DNA of 64,000 bases from Puccinia triticina (taxonomy: Eukaryota): the NCBI GenBank assembly GCA_026914245.1, contig CP110439.1, positions 2,542,001-2,606,000 of the forward strand, read 5' to 3'. Positions within the stretch are counted from its first letter, which is position 1; every line of letters begins with the position of its first letter. The translations under genes and the position numbers were made by a program. Under the pieces are notes generated by a model. The model had not been told where the DNA came from, ran no database searches, and was given only the letters and a program-made list of their open reading frames with translations. Shown in pieces: positions 51,958 through 63,190 of this stretch.

Positions 51958-54382
51958 TCACACCCTGTGGGTGCCGTCGGTGGTGGTCTCATTGGTACCA
52001 TGGCCCGTGGGGTGATCCTCCGGGTGAGCGGGCGGGCCACTGGCGCTGGCAGAGTCTTGAGGGGGTGGGGCAATTGCTGTGATGGGTGGCTTGTGGGAGA
52101 TATTGCTTGGATGGGCTGCTGGGTAGTTATTGTGTGAGATTGGTTGGCGGGGAGGGCTTGTATGTCCTTTTGGGTTGGGGACAATCACATGGGTTGGGAT
52201 GAGCCACATGGCCCCCTTGATCAACTGGCAAGCAACGGCATAGGGAAAACCAAATTTGGTTTCCAATACCCTTGGGGAGGTCTGCAGGAAAAAGTCCCAT
52301 CGGCAAATGTGGGACATTGCAAGTAAACCGCGGGTGTTCACATCCCCCTTGTCAAAACACAATAAGTCTAGAAAGGCCTCCATTGTGAGGGCCTTCCCCG
52401 CTTCGTTGAGCGGGTAGTCGGCGGTGGGCACAGACTCGGTAAACCATGAGGCCATGGAATCAGAGCAGGAACAAGATGCAGGAGTCTTGAGAGTTGGCGA
52501 GACGGGCTGGGCGCGAATCGGGGATCTGGCCCACCCAAAGTTGAGGCAGCTGATTGTGTGAGCAATGCCATCCCCGTTCGGGCTGCGCGCAATCTTGCGT
52601 GCAGGAGATCAATGGACAAACCCCTTCCTATCTACGTCTGACTTGGGCCGCGGGAGGATTTCAATGTCGGTGCTTGCCAAGCTGTTCTGACAGGTGGAAC
52701 ACACGTGTACAGATGGGTCCGGGCTAAAAGGGAGCTTGTCTTGGTCTGAGAGGTTGAGCTTGTCTGCGGCCGCCTGAGCCGCCACGCTTTTCGGAAACAA
52801 CAAATCCGCAGAAACCTTTGTGGGTGACGGCAAGGGAATATCAAATCTGGCCGGAGGGCTGGGTTGCGCCCCAGCGGCTGTCGGCACCACAGGTGGCGGT
52901 AAAAATTGACCAGACACAGATCTTTGGACGGGCGTGTACACAGGGGTGGAAGGTGTTGATGCCCCGATGGGGGGAGGCAACGTGGCCCTGCTGGGGTCGG
53001 CTGAATCCGCAGCCAAGCGCGGGAGTGGGGACCCAGCCCCCACGGAGCTTGCCTGTTGGCTCACCGATGCAAACACTGGGGGCCGAGGCCCCGGCTTATC
53101 CACAGCCAGGGTAGATTGAGCAAGCGTCAGGAGTCCTGATGGCGGATCTTCTGGAGCGGTGGCGGCGGACTTGTGTTTGGACAGGCGATTGGATGCCTGG
53201 GCAGCCAACTTGGCCAGGGAGTAAACAACCTCCTTCTCCAAGACAAACTGATCAGTTCTGGGCGGGTGATCCTGATCAACCCCCCGTGCGCTGTGCATTA
53301 TTGCCATCGCCCAAGTCTTATATCCGCCGGCGGTGACACGGAAAGATCTTGCAGGGTTGGCTGGGTCCTTGATGCGCGTGGACTTGCGATTGCGACCGTA
53401 AAGTTGGCGGTGATACTTGTAGAGCTCTTGGGTGATCCTCATCCGTTCCTGAGCATCAACATCCGCATGGGGCTGACCAACCAAAAATATTAGCCCCTCT
53501 CCAGTTGAAGAGAAATACTTGTCTGCAACTTACATTGCGGGCAACTCGGACACTGGCCCTTTCGAGCGCAAATCGGTTGTTGTTGGACCCATAGGCTATC
53601 GCCAGGGCGTCGTACTGAGCGCGCTCCTGCACAGCATGACACAAGCCAGTCAATACTCAAAGGAGGGAGCGGAACATACATACTCAGAGAACCGCTGAAC
53701 TCACAGTTTCCCGGTCTTTGGCCGTTCGGCAGGGGTCGGCCATGATGACCCGGATGATCACCTCGGAGTCGGGCTTTGACAGGATCGCATCCACGTAAGA
53801 ATCAAAATCCGCGTCCGACACAATGATGGTGTTCCATCCGGCTCCAAAGACAGGATGCTTCTTCACCGCTCCCTGACACTTGAGGAGACCGTTGGCGTCC
53901 ATCAAGTCAATGTGCATCCCAAGATGTGTCTTTGTCTTTCCCAGGGCCACCACAACATCCAAACGGAACTGCGCCGAGGTGACCCGCTGCACAACTGACA
54001 ACAAGACGGTGGTGCCATTTGGGGTGACCTTCTCCCAGTGTTTTTGCACCTCTGCAAGTGCTTGCTTTGTGTGGACGGCTGCATTTGGATTGGCCATGGC
54101 CAGCTGGCCCGCAACTGTTCGTTGAAAGATGCAATGCTCGATGTGAATGTTGCGTGGCTGTGGGGGCGGCTTGGTTGGGGGGCCAGTGGCATGGATTGGG
54201 TGGTTGCGTTGGGTCGGCGAACCCTTGTAGAATAGCTTGCAGGCAGCCACCTGCGAGTCCGGTGGCTGGGAGGGACCAAGGTAGGACTCCTGTGTCTCAC
54301 CCGGGACGTTTGCAAATGGCAGCGGCTCCAAGGTGCCCCGGTTGAGCATAAAAGGGGTGGTTGTGGGGGTTTTGTTCTGCAT
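51958..54382 (-). pseudogene. Accessory gene (~760 aa) of the Tc1 element; exons 54382-53705, 53626-53534, 53472-51958; one premature TGA
   Basis: GT-AG introns join the ORFs in frame; TGA at 52609-52611 reads through into ORF 51958-52455. Confidence 0.75.
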
Positions 54383-55358
54383 GGTCTGATCAGATGGGCA
54401 AACGGTCAGCCAGATTTGGAACAATGCGGGGCGCAGTAGGGGAGGGGAAACGACGCACCAGATTCTCAAATGATGGGTGTACAAGGGCCAATAAAATTTT
54501 GGTGGTGCAGTCAACGGCCTCGTGCTGGTCTGGAAGGTGGTCCGGGCAATGGACGGAGGGGGTTGGAAGGTCAGCTGAGGTTTTTTTTTGGGGGGGGGGG
54601 GGCAGGCTCACCAATAGCGGAAAAAAAGAAAATGTTTGGCGGTGGGGTGGCTGGCTGGCTGGCAGGGTTGTGGGTGGGTCCGGTTGGGCGGGGAGGGGGG
54701 ATTTGGTCAGGGGGCATTGTTGCTGGAGGGGGGGGGGGGGGATGGGACGGACAAAGGTGGAAGAAGGGGGAATAAATGGAAGGTTTGGAATGTTTGGAAG
54801 GTCCGGTGGCGGAGGTGGACTGGCATGTTTGGTGGATATTCTGGCTGCTGGACCCGCAAGCTTTCCTGGCCTTGCTGTATGAATGCACCAAGAAAGAAGC
54901 AAAACATTCTGCTTCCCAATCTGCCAAATCATTAGCTTACCCTGTTGTTTTCATTTCTCCCATGTTCAAATCCCAACAGCTTTCAGAATGAAAAAAAAAA
55001 ACTTAGACATACTGCTGTACTCATCTGTATGGTAAATCTGGACCTCATCATGTTGAGAAGCAGAGTTAGGCTGGATATGATGAGGGATGACAACAAAGAC
55101 TCCAGAGTGTCCGTTGACACAAAGTGTCCGGACCACTCCTCCACAAGATTATCCTGGAGAAAGTCAGGTGATTTGGAGAACTCTGCTCTGCATCTCTGCC
55201 AATGCTGTAGCCTTAGGGCTCCGAGCAGGCTAAATAAAGTAAAAAGTATAATAATAAAGCTCCGCCGCATAAAAGAAGATGAATCCCATCAGACACTGTT
55301 TTTTTGTTGCCTGCAGTTCAAATTTTCAATCTTTGATGTGTTTTCACTGCCCACTAAC

Positions 55359-56385
55359 CTCCTTGGCTTCAACGCCTTTGCCTGGCCGGCCGTGCGATGG
55401 AAGGTCCGTCGGACCTTTGGAAGACAATATCTTGCTTGATCCTTGTTGAGTTTTCGCCGTGACAGCCCTGCAAAAGGGCTGACTAATCTCAGAACTCGCT
55501 CTTCTCCGATTTGCGCTCGTCGATTTCCTCATTGATCTCACTCAATCCCCTCCTCAATCGACCTCGCTCAATCCCTTCTATCATCGATCTCACTCGATCC
55601 CTTTCTGTCTCGACCTCGCTCAAGACTCCATCTCAGAATCTCACTCGTCTCGACCTCGCTCAAGACGGACATCTCTCATCTGTTCTCGACCTTGTTCGAG
55701 CACAAGATCATTCGGAACGGCTCAATTCTCAATTTGGTGAGAAAAGAACGACGACACCCTCAAGACTCCATCCCTCGGCTGATCCCCTTCCTTTTCTCTT
55801 ATCTCTTCCTTGTTTAGTGTCCTTGTTCTACTTCTCCTTCCTCCTGTCCTTGGTTGTTCCCTGATCTCTCTATCTTCTGTGGTGGTAAATTTTATCTCTT
55901 CTATCTTTCTTGTTGTTTCTCTATTCTTATTGTTTTTCTGATCCTGTTTTCCTTTAGCCTGGTTCACATTTTGCAGCAATTTAGATCAAAATTTCACAAT
56001 CCTTCTGTGTCTTTCTGTCTCTCAATTGTCATCACATGCAAGGCGCTGTGGTCTACCCCCATCCAGGCCGTCCGGCCATCCGGCCGTGCCCCTAGGAGCC
56101 CCCCGCGCTTAGGCCACACACCTGCCCCCCGTAACGCTAAGTTTGCTGCTTTTTGGGCAAGACAGAAGGCCGGGAGAGGGCCCGGAGAATGGTCTCCAAT
56201 GCGCGTGAGGGCGGGGCGCCAGACTCTGGCTGGGCCTGGGCCCCCTAGAGCCGGTCCACGCCCGACTGACCCCACAGGGAAGGACGTCCCCTCCCCAATG
56301 TGAAGGGGCTGCTCTTCGGCCTGACTGGGTTGCTGAGTTGTTTTTTTGGGGGGGAAGGCCAATTTTTTCATAACAGGAAGGAAAA
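55359..56385 (+). pseudogene. Displaced divergent copy of the GPI13 3' end (last 26 codons + stop + 3' flank), split by a solo LTR
   Basis: LLGFNAFAWPAVRWKVRRTFGRQYLA* vs LLGFNAFAWPALRSKVRRAFGPQLLA*; 55999-56385 patchily matches 44769-45560. Confidence 0.9.
55444..55998 (+). mobile_element. Solo LTR, 555 bp
   Basis: TG...CA ends; perfect 5-bp TSD ATCCT; ends shared with 37915-38445. Confidence 0.9.
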
Positions 56386-56538
56386 ATTCCGGGGTGTCTG
56401 CAGTCTCTGATCTCCCTTGAGGTGCTCATCACAAGGCTTGCATGCTGATAAAGAGCGCTGCGGGCCGCGAGTCGGCTCGCTTTTTCGCGCTTCGACTTTC
56501 AACGGCCGTCGGGCTCTCGCGGGCGTTGTTCCTCCAGG

Positions 56539-59500
56539 CAACGCTGGACCTGTACGTTACGGTTACCGGGTAACGTACAGGTACCGTAGATTTTTTTGGT
56601 ACTTTACGGTACTTTTTTTTGTAATTCTCGTACCGTTTGTTTCGTTACAGTACGCTTTTTTCTTACATGTTTTTTTGAGGGTGCGTTACGGTATGCCCGA
56701 ATGAGGAATATCAAAATTAAAAAAGCGGTAACAGCAGATTCGGCTTGTTACCGGTGATACCGGAACTAGTAAAGCTTTTGCCATTGGCAGATGGGAGGAA
56801 GGAGAAAAGACATTCATTTTTTGCTTTTGGGAAGCAGAACATTCAAAGCCTTCCCAGCCTCGCTGAACTCCCCTGTCAGGGGGACATCTTCGCGAAGCCA
56901 CATCAGGCTGCTCACAGATCGCGACATTGTTGATGGCAACAAAGCACCGCGATTGGAGCTGCATACATCAGAGGCCGCAGAGAAAAGCCTCTCAACTGCG
57001 CAAGAGCTAGCCGGGGTCCCAAGATACGCACGAGCCATTACCGCAAGGGTTGGGTAGGTTTGGTGGTGATCCTATTGACGAGTCACAAACCACATGTGTG
57101 TCAGCCAAGATCATGTTGGAAAAGAGTATAGGACTAAACTTACCTTCCACCAAGTCAACGGATAATTTTTGTCTCCTATCGCACCTTCTTTGAATGATAG
57201 TTCGGCAGACAAGTAAGATTCAATCTCATTTGCCTGAGCTGTTGGTTGGACGGCCATACGTGAGGCGAGACGTGACATCAAGGAGTTTCCAGCCGGCGGT
57301 TTCTTCACTGGTTTTTCAATGATAGATATCTTGGGATCAATAGGTGCCTTTTCTTTGGCAAGTTGGTCCTGCTGAGCTTTTGTTTTCTTGAATTCCCGCT
57401 GTATTAGACTGAGGCTATCTGTAACTTCTTGGCTATCGGAGCCAAAGGCAAGCTCGAAGAGGTGCATCCTGAAGCAAGGATGCATCATTGTAGCAATGAT
57501 AAGCGTCTCGCATTGCATGGCTTCGTCTAGATACTTTTCCACTCGCTTGTACATAGCTTGGTACATCGGGTACAGAGCGTCGCTCTCCGCGGCAAGTTCA
57601 ATCTTTTCTGTGAGACTCTCCTTGAGCTCCAGATATTTCGGGATAACATGAGCACCGGTCGCCGAATCTCCCTCCATCTCGGATGTTAACTTGACAAAAA
57701 CCTGTAAATGAAGCAATGGTGGTGTATCAGTACCCTTCAGAAGCAAAGACCGCAGTGAAAGTAGCAAACCTCAAGCTCCGAATTCAGATTGTCAATCTGC
57801 TTCCAGTCGCGAGGCAAGAAATAGATATCTGAAAATATTCCACCATCTTTTTGCGCCTGATCCTGCTTGAGTATGTGGTCTATGACATCGCGGGCATCAA
57901 TCGCTTTCTGGTAACTTTGGTATTTGATATTCCATCGAATACCATAACCAGCTATCAAAGGAGTAACTTTTATCTTGAGATCTTCGGCGGTTTGCAGAAA
58001 ATTTGCCCGCTGTGCAGCTGAGCGGGTGATCTGCTTGATCACAATATCAAGCTACGAAAAAATTGGAGGGGTCAGATGTGAGCCCAATCCTCAACACCAA
58101 AAAATGATAACTGACCTTCTCGGTTAGTTCGAGCAGTTTTGTAGACTTTGCATGGGTTTCCGACCCCGCGGGGTTTGTCTTCTCCGCCTCGCACAACAAT
58201 TCCTCATCAGCATTACCATAGTCACTTTCAGAGCCCGCATCGTAGTCTTCAATCGCTGGTGCGGCCGCTGTCTTCTCAAGTGCTGCTGTTTCTTCAGAGG
58301 GAGATTCAGGTTCCAATTCCTCGACAACTCTTCCCAAGACTGGGAAAAATCCGAGAACGGATTCCTTTGTCTTTGATGGCGGGAGGGTCTTCAAGGACAG
58401 CGCCTGGAGTCCGGCGTTTACAATCAGGGCAAGCTTGTGGCAGAAACAACGGACATGCATTGTTTCTGGATCCCAATTGGGCTGGGAAAGATCCTCGCCA
58501 TATTCGGTCGTAACTTGGGTTCTGGGGTCATTGTAAAAGAGCTCGTACATGGCACTTGCCATGGTGTTATTGTTGGATCCGGAGTCGGTGGTCTGAGCCA
58601 GCATGTAAGACAGACCGGAAGGATTAGCACAGGCTTGGGAACAACTAAAAAAAGTGACCCGGAGACTTATCTTACGATACAGCTTGCCTTTTCTAAGAAC
58701 GCAAGCAATCGGACGAGCTAGAAGGTGTCCCAAGTGCCTCCAGGGAATCATCTTCAATGTTAAATGACGGACTACATATTTCCAATCAGAATCCACATAA
58801 GCCACGGCCGCGCCAATGAACGCAAATCGGTTCCCCTTGGTTGTCCAGACGTCGTGGATAAGGGAGAACTTGGTGTCCAGATTCTTTGAGTGTGGAAATG
58901 AAATTAACTTTCACACAAAAAAAGCATGTACAAATAAAATTACAAACATTCAAATCCTCGAAAACCTGCAACTTGAGCATTGAGTGCAGATACCTTGCCT
59001 CATTTGCCGACCATTTCCTCCCATAAAGGACTGCTTTGCTGTTTGCGTACTGAAAAGCAGCGCGAAGGATTGGATCCTTGATGCGCGACCAGGGCAGGGC
59101 TTGGCGAATCTGCCAGATCATGATGATCTGATTCAAGACTCGATTGACAAACTGGGGTTGGGCTTTCAGGAATTGAGCTATTCCAGTCTGCTTCACGTTG
59201 CCACTGCCATCCAGTTTCCTCCGTTCGGCGACAGAAAGAGGAAGTTTTGCACGTGCCTTGATGGCATTAGCGCGGTTGACACAGCCACGGTCGTTTCTTC
59301 CCATCTGTGTAAAGCCGTCTCGATGGCTGACAAGGTTTCCATTGCTATCAGGGCAGCGACGATAGATCATGCTGCACCACTTGCATTTGAAGTTCAGAAG
59401 AACTCCTTCCGGGTCGCCTTGCTTATAGGTTGGCGGGTGGTAGAATTCCTCGATCTTGTCAAACTCATCATTCTTCTGTTTCTTCATCCCCCGGGGCTTG

Positions 59501-60336
59501 ATGACTATCGATCCTTTGTCGGAATCCTGATCATAATTCAAGGCAGGGTCTTTACCCGTTGCCTTGGAGGATAGAAAAAAAAACCAAGCCCAAATAGTCA
59601 GCTGAATAAACCAATCAAAACTCTACAGATCAAGGGTAGGCACTTGATTGACATACCAGCGACGCGCCAACACTGGAATTCCCTTTCTTTTTTTTTTGAC
59701 GGCGTTGTTTCTTCTTTTTGTGCTTAGATTTCCCTTGAGGCGCTGTTGATCCTTCCGCAGACTCTGAATCATCCTCATCGGGGCGGCCATGATCTGAGCC
59801 TGAGGACTCTGCGACTGCGGCCCGTTTCTGAGCAGCTGGGCGGGTTAATTTAACGCGTGAGTCGTTTGATGTGGGCACCATGTTTGGTGTGTTAACAATC
59901 GAAGATGCTCGTGAAGAGCGTCGTCGTGGAGGCTGACCAAGAGACTGGTCAGTTTCATACCCGGGGTTATTATCGGCGCCGGATGGGTTGTTTGGATTTG
60001 CCTGTGGCCCTTGCGAGACCATTTTTGGTTGTGGTGGATTGAAGAGGCTCTGATGGGGTTGCGAGTGCGTGGGAAGGGGGATAGGAATGATCTGATACTC
60101 CTAGAAAAAATTTCTCATCCGATTGGGGTTTTTCACCCCTGGTACCGCGGTAACCAGGGGTGAAACGCGTTACAATAACAGTAATCAGGGCAATAAAAAA
60201 AAGCAACCATTACGGTACGGCCCCGACCCAGAATAGCGCGGTACTAGTACCGCTACCGTAAAGCAGACGGGCAGGAACTCCTGTACAGTACGCAAAATGG
60301 CCGGTTACCGTACAGTACCGTACCGGCCCAGCGTTG
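56539..60336 (-). mobile_element. Full-length hAT-like transposon (3798 bp)
   Basis: ~22-bp imperfect TIRs starting CAACGCTGG; flanking CTCCAGG duplication; subterminal GTAC/GTTAC/CGGT motif clusters. Confidence 0.93.
56814..60022 (-). CDS. hAT transposase (~926 aa); exons 60022-59657, 59562-58948, 58883-58671, 58604-58116, 58051-57770, 57701-57144, 57071-56814
   Basis: Zn finger CKWC..H..C, HDVWT, TTDSGS, RCFCH, IRWN, WWK..YPTL..PASSCAVERLFS; no stops in spliced model. Confidence 0.9.
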
Positions 60337-61024
60337 CTCCAGGGCTGGGCCCGGGCCGTCGGCATCTGGGACACGCGCCTGTCTGGCCGCGTGCGCGGAT
60401 CGCCGTGTAAGACCCCTGTGTGGGAAAATATCAACACTGATGGTGGTCCAAGGAAAAAGGGCAACGGAGGACTTCCCTTCGGGTTGGAATACCAGCTCAA
60501 TGCTATTTTCTATTTTCAAAGGAGAGCGAAAGCGGTTTCTACGCTAAGAAGTAGGAAATAGAAAATGACCTGCTTTCAAAATCGGCGGGAAGTCATCCAA
60601 TGTAAAAATTAAACTAGCTGAGCGTCTTGGCTACTGATCTCACAAGTCCAGGGTCATCACACCAGGCCAAAAAAACATATTGCTTCGGCAGTTCTCTCTT
60701 CCATTGGAGGACTCAGTGCACACCGATGAATGCATGCTATATCAGGACGTGAGCCGGCGGCGAGGCGCGTCTGACGGTGGTCAGCGGGGGACAAATGGCC
60801 GGTCCTCAGCTGGCACTATGAAAGGAACCTTGCGAGTTGATCCGTATTCCTTTCAGAATCCTCAGCATATGTGCAGGGCAGGCGTGGCTCATGAAGCTCA
60901 CCCCTCAACTTCGCTGCATGTACCACTACACCTCATCTCCTTGTGCCTGTTCCTCTAAAAGTATCCATTTCTGGACGCTTTCAGGCCTCGTTCCGCACAG
61001 TCAAGGATATCTGCTTCCATCGCC

Positions 61025-63190
61025 GATGATGGATTCTACGTCTCGGCCGACTTCCCTAGCACTCCCGCTCAACCTGGGCCGTCCTCATCAGCAGACCCCC
61101 GTCCACCCAACAACCGCCCGCCAGAACCCATCGCCTGATCCGCCTTCCCGGCGCGATTCCGAGTCCTCTCAATCTAGCGAAGACGAGGGCTCGGTTGCCG
61201 AGGCTTCGTTGCCCCTGAGCCTCGATACTACCTCATCGGCCCATCATCCCGACTTGTCGTCTCGGTATCACATCCTCCGCTCGTTTGTCCCTCGTTCTTC
61301 CTCGCTACCCACACCATTCTAGCCCTCAAAAAAAAAAAAGGGAGAGCCCCAGAGGCGTTCTGATGTTTGGCTGCTTGTATCTCCAGGCTCGCCTCGTATA
61401 TGAAGCACGACCTGTCGCGCAAACAACACGTGATTCGGGCGCTCAAGAATGATCGGGATCAAGCGTGCAAGGAGCGCGATCAAGCAGAACGAAAGAGGGA
61501 TGACGCGTGCAAGGATCGCGATCAAGCAGAGCAAAAGACGAAGGAAATGGCTACAAAAATCAAACAAACATCCATGGAGCGCGATCAAGCAGAACGAAAG
61601 AGGGATGACGCGTGCAAGGAGCGCGATAAGGCAGAGCAAAAGATGAAGGAAATGGCCGAAAAAATAAAACAAGCATCCAAGGATCGTGATGAATCAGAAC
61701 GAAAGATGAAGGAAATGGCAGAAAAATTGCGCGAAATAGTGGGCGCGCAACACACGGCCAAGCAATCGATCGAGCACAACGCGCCGGGCCTGAGTTTTGC
61801 TACGAACGACGACTCGTGCCCTTCTGAGATCGATGAGCTCGCTTACGATGGCTCGTCGGAAGAAGGGGGCCAAGGATACATAACCCGTTCGTAAGAGTCA
61901 GCTCTTTCCGATGATGATGGCGAGGTATAACTGACTGTTTTCGTCCATAGACCCTGCAGGAACAACGCGGGCCGGACCGTCGAGCCGAAAAAGACCAGCC
62001 GCTGACAGCTTGGCACGCAATTCAAAGAAGGGCCGCACCGTTCTTCCACCCGATGGTCCAATCATCTTCACAGAACAGGCCGATCCATTGCTGCTTCAGT
62101 TCACTGCACACCTTGGCTTCCGGAGAGCAGAAGTCATGCTCGGACAGTTCAAGAGAATCGTGTTTGCGTTTCCCGACAATCCTGGTGGCCATCGCCATGA
62201 GCAACGAGCGCCCTTGCGATTTGCTCGCTATGGCCTCTGGGTCGGTGAGTGGGTATCTGCAGTTTCTGCAAGGTGTAAGCCACAGATCCATAATTTCCTT
62301 GCAACAAAAATCATGAGCTGATGTTCTCTCGTACGCCAGTTCCCCAGTTTTTCCTTATTCCCACGAGCTACCTCGACAACGGCGCCTCTCACATAAACAA
62401 AGAGAAACTCCTGGCGTTGGTTGGTCAAGATTCATCTGATCGGCCTCCACTGGCCTTCTGTGAAGCACTGTTTCTGCGCGTCGCCGAAGGGTTTGTGAAG
62501 CTCGTGAGGGTGAAGGAGGCCTTGGCGCATACGATCTATATTTCCATGCTTGTCTCTAGCTCGAAAAAGCCTTACGAAGAACTCCCCAGTGCCCTGCGCA
62601 GCTATACCGACATCGGCTTCTTCCAAGCGCTAGTCGCACGAATCCGATCGATGCTGTCGTGCATCACAGGTCTCCAACAAAAAGTCAGGGGCAGCGATTC
62701 GACCAACATGTCAGCACTGGCATGCTTTGCAGTGGGTGGGGTACGTGGCCTGCTTCTTGGCCCCCCCTCTGATCGTATCTGCACGCCCAGTGGAGCGGCC
62801 CAACATATCGCTCTAATCGCTATGGGTACGACGCATCGTGGTCTGTTTCCTGGGGTTTGTTGTTCTCCAAAATGTTACATACGTAACTGATTTTTCAGCC
62901 CGTTCTTAATTACACAGATCCCGAGCCTTATTGGCACAAAACACACACCCTCATTCTCCGTCTTCTCCGCTCCTCATTTGCGGATCATCGCCTGGCGGAT
63001 CTGAATGAGGTTCACTTGGCGGACGCGCTGGCTTCAGACTTCTTGCATGTTTGGTCCGCAACGGGTGAGCCGGTCCCATGGCTCAAGCCAAGGGCTCGCA
63101 AGGCAGTACGTCCGCCAAACATCGACCTCAACAATCTATAGTCCACCCTGTGACCGGCCCTCTACTCGAGCAGGGAACACTTTACTGCAC
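61025..63190 (+). CDS. Multi-exon hypothetical protein with coiled-coil repeats (boundaries approximate)
   Basis: ORFs 61025-61263, 61387-61890, ~61951-62243, ~62340-62880 separated by GT-AG-like introns; repeated RDQAERKRDDACKERDQAEQKMKEMA. Confidence 0.5.

Larger units (their letters stand above)
49052..54877. mobile_element. Tc1/IS630-type DNA transposon, 5826 bp, long TIRs, two convergent genes
   Basis: TA on both flanks; TIRs 49052-49413 and 54499-54877 starting CAGCAAGGCCAGGAAAG. Confidence 0.93.
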
